A DNA stretch of 63,950 nucleotides, counting the filler, from Octopus bimaculoides (lineage: Eukaryota), in NCBI RefSeq assembly GCF_001194135.2. It is 5 parts of 5 records of this genome, joined end to end, with 100 filler letters (N's around TTAATTAATTAA, not from the genome) between each part and the next. Parts side by side here need not be neighbours in the genome. Positions count along the whole stretch, not along the records: positions 22,462 to 45,595 come from NC_068987.1; positions 45,696 to 52,488 come from NC_068982.1; 3 more parts are not named here. One strand, 5' to 3'. Made by a program: the position numbers and the translations under genes. Under the pieces are notes generated by a model, which was given only the letters and a program-made list of their open reading frames with translations, was not told the DNA's origin and did no database searches. This document shows, in pieces, positions 39,121-52,098 of this stretch (position 1 is the stretch's first letter; each line of letters starts with the position of its first letter).

Positions 39121-41788
39121 CTGTGGTTCTCGAGTTTTTTGCATCACCTTCCCCTTTCACCATGTTTGGGATGCTATTCCTCCCATTGTCAGGTCATTCC
39201 TCATATTGATTTTCTAAGAGGTGTATTTCAACCAATTTAGTTATTTTCAGCAGAAGTATTTTAATAGCATCCTAAAATGTACAGAAGTTTCTGCCAACTG
39301 GACCACTAGTATGCAGAGAAAATCACAATTTTAGTAGAAACACCATCTTCTCTTCCTCCCCTGAAGATCTGCCATCCCCTTTTTTTGAATCCCTGATACA
39401 TAACAAAAAAAATTATACAAGAAATTATTTATTCACAAAACTAGACCATCTATTATTTTATTTACAGCAAAGTAACCAGCTCTTCTATGTTTGGTTCTGT
39501 TTTGGAGAAGGCAACCTTAATTTCTGGTGTGATAACTAGTTGATTTCATGACTTCATTTTGATGGAAAAGAGAGTGGGAAACACGGTCTCACACTCATAG
39601 GTGGTTGGAAATGACATCAGTACTTTAAGAGATATCTTTGCAACATCAAGATATGACAGTGCCATTTCAATCCAAAAGTAAAAAAAGCACAGTTCATGCT
39701 TTGATCATTGACCAAATCAATGAACTGCTCTTGAATTAAATTGGCTTATGTTAGTAGATTGCTAACAGAGAGTACAAAGGGGTTCCTGATAAAGTGGAAG
39801 TATTTGTAAAAGTCATGAAGATCAGGAAAATAAAGAGAATATTTCTCTGCCAAGTATTGACACGTGTTGCTTCATGAGTTCAATGGTATTGTCATTGACT
39901 TGAAGCTTGTTTTCATCAATAAACATGTTTAGTTGAGGAAATGATGCAAAGTTCTTTCTATCTAACTTTGGGTGCCAAAGTTGAAGCTTCATTTTGAAAG
40001 TAGTTTTTCATGAGAATGAAGCATGGTTATATCTTTCCCTTACAGTGAAAAATTAACAGTATACACTGACTTGAATATGACCACCAAAAATGCCAAGTAG
40101 ATCAGAAAACAAACATCGAAGAATTTGGCATGCAAATCTGACCTGGTATATTGTAAAAAGTTGTGGACTTATTTTTGTAGAAGGAAGACCCTCTTTATAG
40201 TTTTTCCTCTCGAAAGCCATCTCATGTGAGTGCAACAGAAGCATTTCGAATTCAGAATCACTTTCTTTGCACAACTTAGCAAGTAGACAGGAGCTGAGTA
40301 TGTTCGCTTTGATGAAATTCACCACTATAACCACATAATTCAGAACATTTTTTTAATTCATTAGGCATGGTCTTCACTTTTAGTGCTTGTTGATAAATTG
40401 TGCAGTGTGTACCAATAGCACCTGGTGAATTTTATTTCACCAAAGTCTGAAAACTGAAATGGCAACTAAGCATTTGGTTGATATCATGTGCCTCAAAAAA
40501 ATTTGTCCACTTTGTTAAATATTTCCCTTGCAGTTGTTTTGGTGCTGAGGGTTTCGCAAGATAGGAGTTTGTCCTCCAGGTGATTGTTATGTACATAATA
40601 TGCATGGACACAAAATTGGGTTATGTTGGCAACATCTGTCGTTTCATCAAGCTGGATCACAAAAAAGTGGTCTTAGAGACCAACTGTGACAGAATGTTAT
40701 CAGATAGTTCAGTTATTCATTTGCTAACAGTATCGTTTGAAAGAGACGCATGCTTCAGCTTCTGAAGTTCAGAACTTCCTAGTACATTCAATGTGATATC
40801 TTTGTAGCAAGGCAATATCAACTCTTCACCAATATTGCAGGGTTTTTTGGCGACAGCTATTTTCCTTGAAACCTCATAGGATGCTTTCAAACCAGACATA
40901 ATGTCCAGCGCAAACATTCCTGTGTCATCAAGTCTGAACTTCACCAATCTGTCATCTTAGCGTCTGAAGAAGTTGACAGCTTTATTTATTGAAAAGGGAC
41001 GCTTCATTTCGAAGTGCCTCTTTAACTAGCTGGGCGTTAGTGAAGTAGATGCCAAAACCTCAGAGCACAAAACACACTGAGGTTTCCTTCTCCACAAGAC
41101 TATCACAGCAAAGCTGAATTTCAAATAAAATTTGTCATATCTCATTTTCTTTTTTGGAGGCATTATATAAAAAAGAAAAAATTCAATAAACCGATTTAAT
41201 ATAACTACATTGTATGTTTCGCATTTGTCATATACTATGGAATACACTAATTAACAATAAAGCTTACCTCTCACTATCTGAAGAGCATATGAGCATTGTT
41301 TTGCCCGTAGATAAATCTCCGTGAATTGAGAACTGTTCTATCAGAACACGCTGCCATGAAGAACAATCACATCTTATAAAGCCCAGCCATCATGTGGGAT
41401 GAGAAAGAGTGTCTGGCAAAGGGTAAAGTCATGCAGAAAGATGCACCAACGAGGACAGGCAAACGTGTGGATTGCAATGGTGGTGTGGCGAATCATGTGA
41501 GTGTAGAATACTGACAGCACATGCATGATCCACCATTATACCTGTATATTTTCCTTCAGCTAATGACACTTGTACAAGTGTGATTAGCAAATGAGTGTGT
41601 AAGAGTGGAGTGGGCTTTTGAAGTCAACAACAAAAAAGGATGATAGCATGCGAGAAATTGAAAGTCTTGAAATGTTTAAACTGTCTCAAGCCACCCGTTT
41701 TCACTATACTTTAGTGTTCCTTCGCAGTCCCTCTGAAATTACTTCATGGTCCCCTATGGGACTGCGGACCCCAGTTTGAGAACCACTG
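39121..41788 (-). mobile_element. hAT Buster/Charlie-type DNA transposon remnant
   Basis: Minus strand gives KPQCVLCSEVL, LKASYEVSRKIAVAKKPCNIGEELILPC and SLSNDTV; TIR CAGTGGTTCTCAA ends at 41788 with nnnTAnnn flank; left end ctgtggttctcga is tentative (TSD does not match). Confidence 0.8.
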
Positions 41789-42879
41789 GAATAGTGCCTC
41801 TAGATAACAATAGGACCTGAGAAAATAGCTGATACTTCTGCTTATATCAGACGCACAATCAAGACTGTAAGATATTAAATTAGTGGTAATGTTTGGCTAT
41901 TTTACAGATCAACATAATTTGCACAATAATTTTTAATTCCATCAACAGCAAACAATCTATTTAAACACTTAAAACAATGGAAACAGGTTGAAAAGACAGA
42001 ATTAAGGAAGTAAATTTGTAAGTTTTGAACTTCCTAAATCTCACATCCTGACATATTTGGCTGGAGATTTATTTACATCTGATAGTAAACTTAGCAAGGT
42101 CAATCACAGGTGTGGTTTATTTTTGTCATTCTTAGATGAAGATTGCTGTATCAGGTTACTGTAGTCAAAAAAGATTGAATATGAACAGAGCAATACCACT
42201 TGAAGACTTCAGCTTCCTCTTATGTACAGTATAGACCAAACTATTTTTAGGGAAAAACTTGAACTCAACACAACTTATGGCACTGGTTGCTTCCAGTAGA
42301 AAACTGAGTATCCATGGTATCTATCTATCTATGACTTAATGGACTAAATCAGAAAATGCTAGCTGTCTTGGTCATAAACACAAGTAATAAGGTATGAATT
42401 GCTGACCCTTCAGCCTCCATCCACCTCCCTTTTGTAAGTTTTACATGATTTAGTCAGATGAAGGGCAACATTCATGATACTTTACAGAGTCTTAGAGGTT
42501 GATGAAAGGAAGTTATCCTCAGGCTGGGCATCTAGTCTGAATGCATTCAATAAAGGCACTACAGGGTTACATGGTGGTGCTAAGCTATATAATGGATTAA
42601 ATCTACCACTCAAACACAAGAATGTTTCCTTTGACAGACTTCCACCATGCACAACTCGTTCATAAGGCTTTGGTCAATTTAAAGCTATGATAGAAGTACT
42701 TGCCAAACATTACAATGCTAGAGCCCCAATGAACACTACCAACTGCAACTAATAAAGGAATACAATGTGACAATGATATTCTCCATACACTACATTTAGC
42801 TGAGGTTCTATCTAGAAATGCTTATCATACTCTAAAATTGACAGTCTACGTAGACAATTTTAATTTACCAAATTGACTT

Positions 42880-43550
42880 ACCTGACTTGCTTGTATATGT
42901 ACAACTTGCCTGTGCACACACAGCTTATGCTACATGGCAGTAAAACATGGGCTATGATTACAGATTATATATACAGGCTAGTATGCTCTGTTGGATGGGT
43001 AATGTCAGTATGCACACATGACAGAATGTAAATGATTTAAGAGGAAAACTGGGCATAAGAAGCATCAGATGTTGTGTGCAAGAGAGAAGACTGCGCTAGT
43101 TTGGTCATGTGATGCGTATGGATGAGGACAGATGTATAAAGATATGCTGAGCTCTAATTGTGAAAGGAAGCTGTGGAAAGGGTAGACCCAGAGAGACACG
43201 GGACGAAGTGATGAGAAAGAATCTTCAGATGTTGGGCCTCACTAAGAAAATGACAAGGGACCAGGAGTTATGGTGATTGGCTGTACATGGGAAGATGCAT
43301 CAAGCTAAATAAAATTGTGGTCATTCATACATATAGGTTTGTCCTTTAAAGGTGCTGGTGCTGTGTAAATGCATCCATGCCAGTGACATGTAAGATCCAC
43401 TCAGCACATGCTGTAAAATGATTTGCTTTAGGAACGGCATCCAGCCATAGAAACCATACCTCAACAACTCCCTGGCTGGCCTGCTCTAGCTCCTGTCAAA
43501 CTGCCCAACCCATGCCAGCATAGAAAACAGACATTAAACGATGATGATGA
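42880..43550 (+). mobile_element. RTE LINE 3' fragment ending in (GAT)n beside a TPR donor site
   Basis: MLCWMGNV, RRLR*FGHVMRM, KGRPRETRDEV motifs; ends ttaaacgatgatgatga. Confidence 0.85.
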
Positions 43551-43555
43551 CTTAC

Positions 43556-43653
43556 CATTTTGTGTTTCTCCTCTGATAATTTTGTATTGTCTTCATTCAA
43601 GTACTGTTTCTCTTTCTCCAGCTTTTCAATTATTTTGTCTTTGCTTTCATTAG
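43556..43653 (-). CDS. TPR: TPR exon (ANESKDKIIEKLEKEKQYLNEDNTKLSEEKHKM)
   Basis: ctgtag/CT...ATG/gtaagt; 98 nt; EKEKQ segment aligns without gaps to recalled TPR [21 protein letters not shown]. Confidence 0.88.
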
Positions 43654-43878
43654 CTACAGATTAAAGTATTAAAATCCAAACAACAATAAATATATGAAAT
43701 TGAAAATTAAATCTAATTTCATAAAATTATTAAATATTTATTATAATTAACATAATTAACTATATAGTCGATGACTATAGAAACAGTTGCAATGTGAAAT
43801 AATGAAAGCAATTTTACTCTAATAAGAATTTAACCAACCTAACCAATAAACTTTACAATAAAATAGAAATCTACAAAC

Positions 43879-43933
43879 CTTCTTTGAGAGTTTCCAACTT
43901 CTTTTCAGCATTTTGGTTGAAATTTTCACTTGC
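43879..43933 (-). CDS. TPR: TPR exon (ASENFNQNAEKKLETLKE)
   Basis: ttttcaag/GCA...GAAG/gtttgt; 55 nt, phase 0 to phase 1, frame-compatible with both neighbours. Confidence 0.85.
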
Positions 43934-44442
43934 CTTGAAAAGTGTTCATAAAAATAAATTACAATGCCAATTTAATAAATACTGCAAATAGCTATTTCAA
44001 CTATCTAAATATAAAAAAAAAACCATTATCATAAAGCATCAACCAACGAATGAAATCAACACTATGTAAAGTATTATAATATTATTGATAAATATTATTA
44101 TTTTGCTGGAGAAATCAGCTTTTTCCTCAACAATATGTGACAGTTTGAAGTATGAGAAACATTTCAAAACTGTGAAGCTGATAGATAAAAGAAAAACAAA
44201 ATAGTGAAACAATAAATAAAATTAGATGTGTATGAAAGATCTATAAACTCTTAATTATTTGCTTGAACAGTATGTATTGCATCAAAAACAAAGACAAAAG
44301 TTCCCTGGTCAGTTTTTACAGTAAAGTATGGACTAGAAATACAATCTTTGTCTCCTTAATAAAGAAAAAGAAAAATTATTTCTCAAAATCTTTGAAACAA
44401 AATTTATTTAATGAAAACAAAGTTCATAAAATTTTTTTTCAC

Positions 44443-44537
44443 CTTGTTCTGATCTTTTAAACTATTTTCCAGGCTTTCAGAGATAGCTTTGTACTGATCT
44501 ACATGTTTTCGACTCTTTTCCAACTGTTCTTTCAAAC
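44443..44537 (-). CDS. TPR: Nucleoprotein TPR/Megator, first exon visible in this block (LKEQLEKSRKHVDQYKAISESLENSLKDQNK)
   Basis: AG acceptor (ct at 44538-9), GT donor (ac at 44441-2); 95 nt = 2+93; resembles recalled human TPR [26 protein letters not shown]. Confidence 0.88.
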
Positions 44538-45411
44538 CTATAATAAGAGCAAAAATAATCAGAAACCAGTAGACAAAAGAAAAAAAAAAAGGAATTTATC
44601 CAATAAAGATTATCTAAAACTTGTAGCACATAAACTGATATAGGAGTCACAACTACTTGCAACATTCTTATCACACAATCTCCTAAATTTTTGCTGTGTT
44701 CTTTTTGATATTCAAAAAGATTTAACCTGTGGGAATTGGGCTACAGATGAGTATGGACAAAGATATCCATGTAGTTCTTATATATCAGTGTGGGAGGGTT
44801 GGGGTTACCTTTGGTATAATTAGACTTTAGAAGGATATTCATTTATTGGAAAGTCAAAGGCAAAGCTAATAGAATTCTGCCGCTCAAAAACATGACCATT
44901 TACTACAGAACAACAAAAAAATTACCTTATTTCAACATGAATCTCCCTTATGATTATCACCATGTTTTATCAAGCTCAACATCCTTAGTCATTGCCACAT
45001 ATAGTTTAATGTCCATCATGTATTAAATCTCAAATTTGGAGGGGAGTTTTAAATGTCAATGTGCTTACCATTGATAATACAGGACAGGAGGACAGGGATT
45101 TAAGTGACCTCTACAGTTTGATCTAGTTTGGTAGATATTCTTAAGTAGCACTCATTCAAACGGAACAAATAATTCAAAGATGCCATCCGCATGGAAACCT
45201 AGTAAGTGTTAACGCATTTAATGAATAACACATTAAAAAGCTGATAGAAAAATTGTATTCTGTGGCAATTAAAAGTAATATTAAGCATTGACTAATATTG
45301 TTTTAGTTGTTACCACATACCTAATCAAGTTATTAATGCATTGTACCTTCTGTTTTCATGTGAATGGTGTGTTTGTATTATTCAATCTATTGTATTTCTT
45401 GTCTATCTATT

Positions 45412-45460
<49 letters not shown>

Positions 45461-45595
45461 AATATATAGTTTTAGGGAAAATAACCAAGTTTCAAGAACT
45501 CATCAATGAAAATCCACTATCACATATAGAAAAATTAACAATTAAAAGCACAATAAATGAGTATAATACAAACACACCATTCACATGAAAACAGA

Positions 45596-45695
45596 NNNNN
45601 NNNNNNNNNNNNNNNNNNNNNNNNNNNNNNNNNNNNNNNTTAATTAATTAANNNNNNNNNNNNNNNNNNNNNNNNNNNNNNNNNNNNNNNNNNNN
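45596..45695. other. Artificial scaffold-joining spacer
   Basis: Same N44-TTAATTAATTAA-N44 layout. Confidence 0.95.
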
Positions 45696-45761
<66 letters not shown>

Positions 45762-47149
45762 GCGCGCGCGCGTGCTTTTTTTGCATACATATTAATGACA
45801 TACGGTTGCTTTGAATTATCCATATTCTAAGATTAATTGCAACCTCCACATTTAAAGTTTTCCTTCTTCTTATCTTCTGAATAAAGCAACCTTATGATAA
45901 ATGACATTTTACCTGTGGGCGTCCTTCCTTCCTTTCATTCGTACTGAATATAGATAGCTCTATAGTACCTAACATATGTTTTCTCTTTCTTTCTAAAGTC
46001 GATTGTCTGTTATTTGATTGAGATTCGGCTGCTATTTCTAGCAACTCAAGCAAGAACGTAAAATCTTTCTTCCTCGCTGCTTATGTATAAAGGATGTCAG
46101 CTTGAAACAAATTACAAACTTGAATGTATGTGCAATTATACGTACGTACACATTCTTGTATTATCTTCAAGAAAAATTCTACAAACTCAAAATTCGTCAG
46201 AAGATACGTTCGCACTAAATTTGTAATCGACATCTTTTATCATGTTCAATCAAATGCAAATAAATCTCATAGGCTTCACACACAAAAATATTATATACAC
46301 ACAAATATATATGTTGCTGTTTCTTCTCAAGTGAGTTCCGTTATTACCAGTAACAGCCATGTTGTTAATGCATGTTTAAAATCAAGCCTTGTACTTCAAT
46401 GCTTAGCTTTCTTTCTGTTACACACACGAATAATCAGTGGGGTCCGTTATTCATTATATGGTTTAGTGAACAATATATTATACTACCCTCACTTGAATAG
46501 AAAGTTCGTATTCGCTGTAAACATTTCGTTATATGTGTAGGAGGATAACTAATTCTTCGTGACGAAGCTCCCTTCGTTCTTGAGAATAGATATCAGGTCA
46601 TTTACGAATATTATTTTCCATAACCATCCAAGGAATAAATTGGCCTCCCATCAATTAATATTAATATATTTGGGGTTAAATTTGAAGCTTTGCGAGCCTA
46701 CAGGTCAACAAAAACATACATTTGTTATTTCTAATTTAGTGATGTATTCAGGCGGACACTTATTTTTCTTTTTTAGTCGGGGAACAGTATGACGTATTAA
46801 ACCTAATCGAGAAAATAACATTTCTGTATGTTAACACTCATGCAACACCCGAAGCAAAACATTTTCCACTTAATTCTTCACTAAATAATATAATAAGTTG
46901 TTGTCAGAACATTGACCTTCATAGAATTGCTATAGAATCGTCGTGTAACACTAGCAGGAGGCCGGTTGAATGAAAATTGATTTTATTCCTGCAATTTTCT
47001 GTCGCTGCATATTTTCTCCCAACTTTTCAACAATAAATGTGTGCTGGTTATACAAAACTAGATCACAGACCAATAGTACATAGAGCTTTGTTGTAACGTT
47101 AACACATTTTCACTTGTATATCTGAATTCTAGTATAAGATGGCGAGTTA

Positions 47150-47560
47150 AGGCTGTGAGCTGGCAGAATCGTTAGCACGCCGGGCGAAATGCTTAGCGGC
47201 ATTTTGTCCGTCTTTATGTTCTGAGTTCAAATTCCGCCAAGGTCGACTTTGCCTTTTCCCTTCGGGATCGATAAAACAAATACCAGTTGAGAACTCAGGT
47301 TGATGTAATCGACTTAAAACCACCCCAAACTTGCTGGCCTTGTTCCAAAATTTGAAGCTGAAAAAAGGGGGCGAGCTGGCAGAATCGTTACCGTGCCTGA
47401 CAAAAATATGTAATGATATCTCTGTAAGGTTTTAAGTTCTGTGTTCAAATGCCACCGAAGTTGACTTTGTCTTTCATCCTTTCGAAGTCGATAGAATAAG
47501 TATCAGTTGAACGCTGGGGTCAGTGGAATCCTCTTCCTCTCAAAATTGTCCTTGTTGAAA
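47150..47560 (+). mobile_element. Two tandem family A SINEs
   Basis: Heads gagctggcagaatcgttagcac (47155) and ggcgagctggcagaatcgttacc (47370). Confidence 0.85.
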
Positions 47561-47629
47561 AAAAAAAATTAGAAAAAATGTTTACATTGTAATACAATAT
47601 TGTATTAACTTTTAGATAAAGGTTTGACT

Positions 47630-47970
47630 GGGGTGATTAAGAAGCTTGCTTTACAACCATGTGATTTTGCGTTCAGTTCCATTGCACGGCAACCTGGGCA
47701 AGTATCTTCGACAATAACCCCGAGTCGACCAATGCCACGTGACTGAACCTAGTAGACGAAAACCGTGTGGAAGCCCGTCGTATATGCCTAGGTGTATGTA
47801 TGTTTGTCCCTTTTTCCACCACTTGGCGACCAAGTTGGCAAGTTTACGTCTCAGTAACTTAGCAGTTCGGCAAAATTAACGATAGAATAAGTAACATACT
47901 TAAAAAAAATTATTATTGGCCTCAGCATTACCACAGTTCAATAATGAAACAAGTGAAGGAATAAAGACCT
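47630..47970 (+). mobile_element. Family B SINE
   Basis: aagaagcttgctttacaaccatgtg head through tgaaacaagtgaag tail. Confidence 0.75.
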
Positions 47971-48059
47971 GTACCTTCGGGGAGTAGTTATTAGCGTTTC
48001 TATTTTCGACTTCGCGTTTCAATAGGTCTGCTTTCTAGATCTCCATAATTTACACATGC

Positions 48060-48465
48060 ACACACGCGCAATTTCGGGGACGTGGGTAAGCCGATTACAT
48101 CGGACCCAGTGTTCAATTGGTACTTGTTTCATCGACCACGAAACGATAAAAGCAAAATGGACCAAGGTGGAATTTGAACTCAAAACGTGGAGACAGACGA
48201 AATGGTCGTCTTTATGTTCTGCTCGGCGTGCTAGCGATTCTGCCAGCTCGCTGCCTTGACAAGGAGAAAGACTTTCCAAACTATTGGTTTCAAATTTTAA
48301 CACAAGGCCAACAAGTTTACACTGAACCCAGTGCTCAACTGGTAGTTATTGTACGGCCCCCAAGAGGCTGAAAGGCAAAGTCGACCTCGGTGGCATTTCA
48401 ACTCAGAACGTAAAGACGGACGAAATACCGCTAAACATTTTGCCCAGCGTGTTAATGATTCTTTA
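48060..48465 (-). mobile_element. Two tandem family A SINEs, minus strand
   Basis: gctagcgattctgccagctcgc (48230-48252) and gtcgacctcggtggcatttcaactcagaacgtaaagacgg. Confidence 0.85.
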
Positions 48466-48928
48466 AAAAAATGCTCTTTCCAATTATTCCTGTAGGGAAT
48501 AATATCAGAATTTTTGAGATGTGATTTTCAGAGGAAGAAAAATTAGTGTATTTATTTTTGAACTATGCTTTGTTTTTTTCTTGTTCTTGTAGCTTTTGTT
48601 ATGCATTTTTTTCTTTACATCTCGTCAGAACAGTAACAAAATATCTCAATTCAAAATAACAGAATATAACCCAGTTCGATTATTTTCTTATAATTTGATA
48701 GCACAAAAGACAAAGCGAATCTTCAAAAATGTTGTTCTTCGAACTCTTAATTACTGAACTAGATTCAAGGTCAACCAAAATAATACACGGTAGTGGAATC
48801 TATCATCTCAGGTTATCAAGCGAAGTTACAATTTCTGTAACAACGACAAACAAGATTTAGCTCTCTACATTTACTTTGAATCAATAATCCGATACTGTCT
48901 TCTATGTTTTCTCTCTGTCACCACACTC

Positions 48929-48983
<55 letters not shown>

Positions 48984-49117
48984 NNNNNNNNNNNNNNNNN
49001 NNNNNNNNNNNNNNNNNNNNNNNNNNNNNNNNNNNNNNNNNNNNNNNNNNNNNNNNNNNNNNNNNNNNNNNNNNNNNNNNNNNNNNNNNNNNNNNNNNNN
49101 NNNNNNNNNNNNNNNNN

Positions 49118-49182
<65 letters not shown>

Positions 49183-49740
49183 CCTCTCCATCTTTCTCTT
49201 TCTCTCTCTCTCTCTCTCTCACACACACATACACACACCCTCTCTCCCTCGAAATTACTTTGTTATCAATTAATGTAGTACCTACCTCTATTAATTTCTC
49301 TCCCCACCTTTCTCTTCCTTTCACTCATTTCTTCTCTCTCTCTCTCACTCTTTCTCTTTCTCTCTCACCCCCATTTTTCAGCCTGTCATCATTGCCAGCC
49401 CTCCATCAAGGAGGGTCATGCACCAGCAAATATATTCACTGGCCTGGGCAAGATTTTACTATGCCACTTGCCCATCTATTCAATTCTTACCTCTCTATGC
49501 TACAAACGTCTATCCAACAGAAAGGCTACCGACTCAGGCAGATACAATACGGCACCAGAGTCGTCGCAGACGTTACTTTAAGAATGTAAAGAGCCGAAAC
49601 ACACACTGCAAGGCACCATTATCCACCCTCTAACGGTTCAGACATTGTTATTTTTGCATCTATTAACCCTTTGTCTGTCCAAACCGCTTTCCTAGGTTCA
49701 CCCTAAACGCCCATGCTTGTTTTCAGACCTTCTGAATAAT

Positions 49741-49958
49741 ACTCTTTACTCTCTTTTACTCTTTTACTTGTTTCAGTCATTTGAATCCGGCCATGCTGGA
49801 GCACCGCCTTTAGTCGAGCAAATCGACCCCAGGACTTATTCTTTGTAAGCCTAGTACTTATTCCATCGGTCTTTTTTGCGAACTGCTAAGTTACGGGGAC
49901 GTAAACACACCACCATCGGTTGTCAAGCGATGTTGGGGGGACAAACACAGACACACAA

Positions 49959-50024
<66 letters not shown>

Positions 50025-50189
50025 GACGGGCATCTTTCAGTTTCCGTCTACCAAATCCACTCACAAGGCTTTGGTCGGCCCGAGGCCATAGTAGAAGACA
50101 CTTGCCCAAGGCGCCGCCACGCAGTGGGAATGAACCCGAAACCATGTGGTTGGTAAGCAAGCTACTTACCACACAGCCACTCCTGCGCC
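49741..50189 (-). mobile_element. Near-intact family B tRNA-derived SINE with internal (TA)n and (AAGAGT)n-like tail
   Basis: A box tggctgtgtggt, B box ggttcattccc, core, internal microsatellite, tail ggcggtgctccagcatggcc...tgactgaaacaagtaaaagag. Confidence 0.9.
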
Positions 50190-50799
50190 TTTCCTTCCAT
50201 AACTCCCAAATTACTCTGGTGGTGGAAAAAATTTGGAATGTGTATGATATATGATATTCATATATGATGAATGGATACCAGGGAAGTATGTTCTGAGAAT
50301 TACATATGATACACAGAACATTTAAAGGCTTAATTCACAGCGCATTACTCAGAGTTTTTTTATTATTATTATTTAAAACGCATTACCCAGGTCGTTTGAA
50401 ATGTAAAATAAGTCTTTTTAATAAACATTAAATTTTAGCCTTACTATGAAAATGTAACTGAGTGGTTACACCATGGGTTTTATCTCACCGTAGACTCAGA
50501 AACATGGGATACGTCTAATTAGTTTCTAAACTCGTTATACTTTCGTCAGAGAAAAAATACCCACAGTGTTACAATTTCTACAACAGCGATAGACTCAATT
50601 TAGCTCTGTGTATTCAGTTTCAAACAATAAGTCAATATTATTTTATGTCTTCTACCTGGCACAATACTCTACGAAGAGAATAATAGGGCATGTCTCGACC
50701 CGAGACTATATTAGAAGATACTTGCCCAAGGTGGCACGCAGTGGGACTGAGTTCAGAGCCTTGCGTTTGGGAAGCTCCTTAGCACACAACCACACCAGC

Positions 50800-50879
<80 letters not shown>

Positions 50880-51493
50880 GAAGACTCCGCTAAAACTGCG
50901 TCACAGTGCCAACACTGACAAAAGGGATTAATTCATTCATAATAGCGTGTTTAAGTTTCAACAAGGCTAGAAATTGATCAACAAGGCTAGAAATTGATCA
51001 GCCAACACGAGGTCCGGTTCTTATTGCGGTGTAGTATTTCATGTGCCTCAATGACTCCAAGGGCAATGCGGTGGAGCACAAGTTCTTCATATGACCTCCC
51101 ATGCTGGACAAATCAAAGGACAGGTGCCAAATAAGTATGGACAAGCCTTCCCAAGGAAAACAAAGAACGAAAGTTATGGAATGATCGATGACAATTCAAA
51201 TCTAACAACTTCTGGACAATAAAGATCTGATAGTAAAGACCCAGACTCAGAAACAATGGAGAAAAGTCGTCGGTGATTTATGCGCCAAAAGGAGTGAAGA
51301 CTCTAAGTAAAAAATTGGTCAAATATAACCTATTGTTTCTACCCAAAGACGATAGGACTTGTAAAATGACCATTTTGCTAAAATTATAAGTTTACTTTTT
51401 AAAAAGTGGGAAGTGTACCATGTTTAGATTATCTTTTTACATTTGCCTTCATTAATCTTTCTACAATAAATATTTTCACAATATTCCTCCCAC

Positions 51494-51550
<57 letters not shown>

Positions 51551-52098
51551 CTTCTTCGTACATTCCTATACAAAGTTTCCCCTTCTCGCTCATAATTCAT
51601 TCACTCATTTATTTTGCTTTTATTTTCATTTAATCTTTCATTTCTTTTTTCTTGTGTGTGTGTTTTATTATTAATACAATTAACATCGTCTCTTTCTGCA
51701 AATTTTGCAAAAATTCTACAAGCTTCTGTGGCATTTAAACAATAGAATTCAGCATCGGTTTATTAATATCACGTGACAAAGGCGGTTACTATAAGTAAGT
51801 GTATCATATAACGCAATATCGACAAATATATCGCATGGCGTAACATCAACCCTCGCCGATTATTAGAAAGGCTATCACGCATTACAATACCGATACATGC
51901 GGAAAGAAATATTGTTACAGACGGCATGTCATTTGAGAACAAGTGAAATCAATATTACCAAAGTAATACTAATAAATATTAGGTTAAGTTGGCAAAAGAT
52001 ATCTAAATGCTTTAGCTAGTGTATCAGTGTTATTTGGTGAATTATATTTTGAAAGTTTACTTGGTAGGGTTATCAAAAATAGATATGGCATTGAATAA

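Noticed and set aside
45170-45215. tgccatccgcatgGAAACCTAGTA hammerhead-like half motif
   Set aside because: No CUGANGA upstream and stem III is incomplete
45913-45943. Minus-strand exon-like segment ending CAG/gtaaaa near the TPR 5' side
   Set aside because: It lies beyond a synthetic linker, and its phase or an in-frame stop is incompatible with the next TPR exon
47150-47250. tRNA-like A/B boxes as tRNA genes
   Set aside because: No cloverleaf; they continue into SINE bodies present many times in the window
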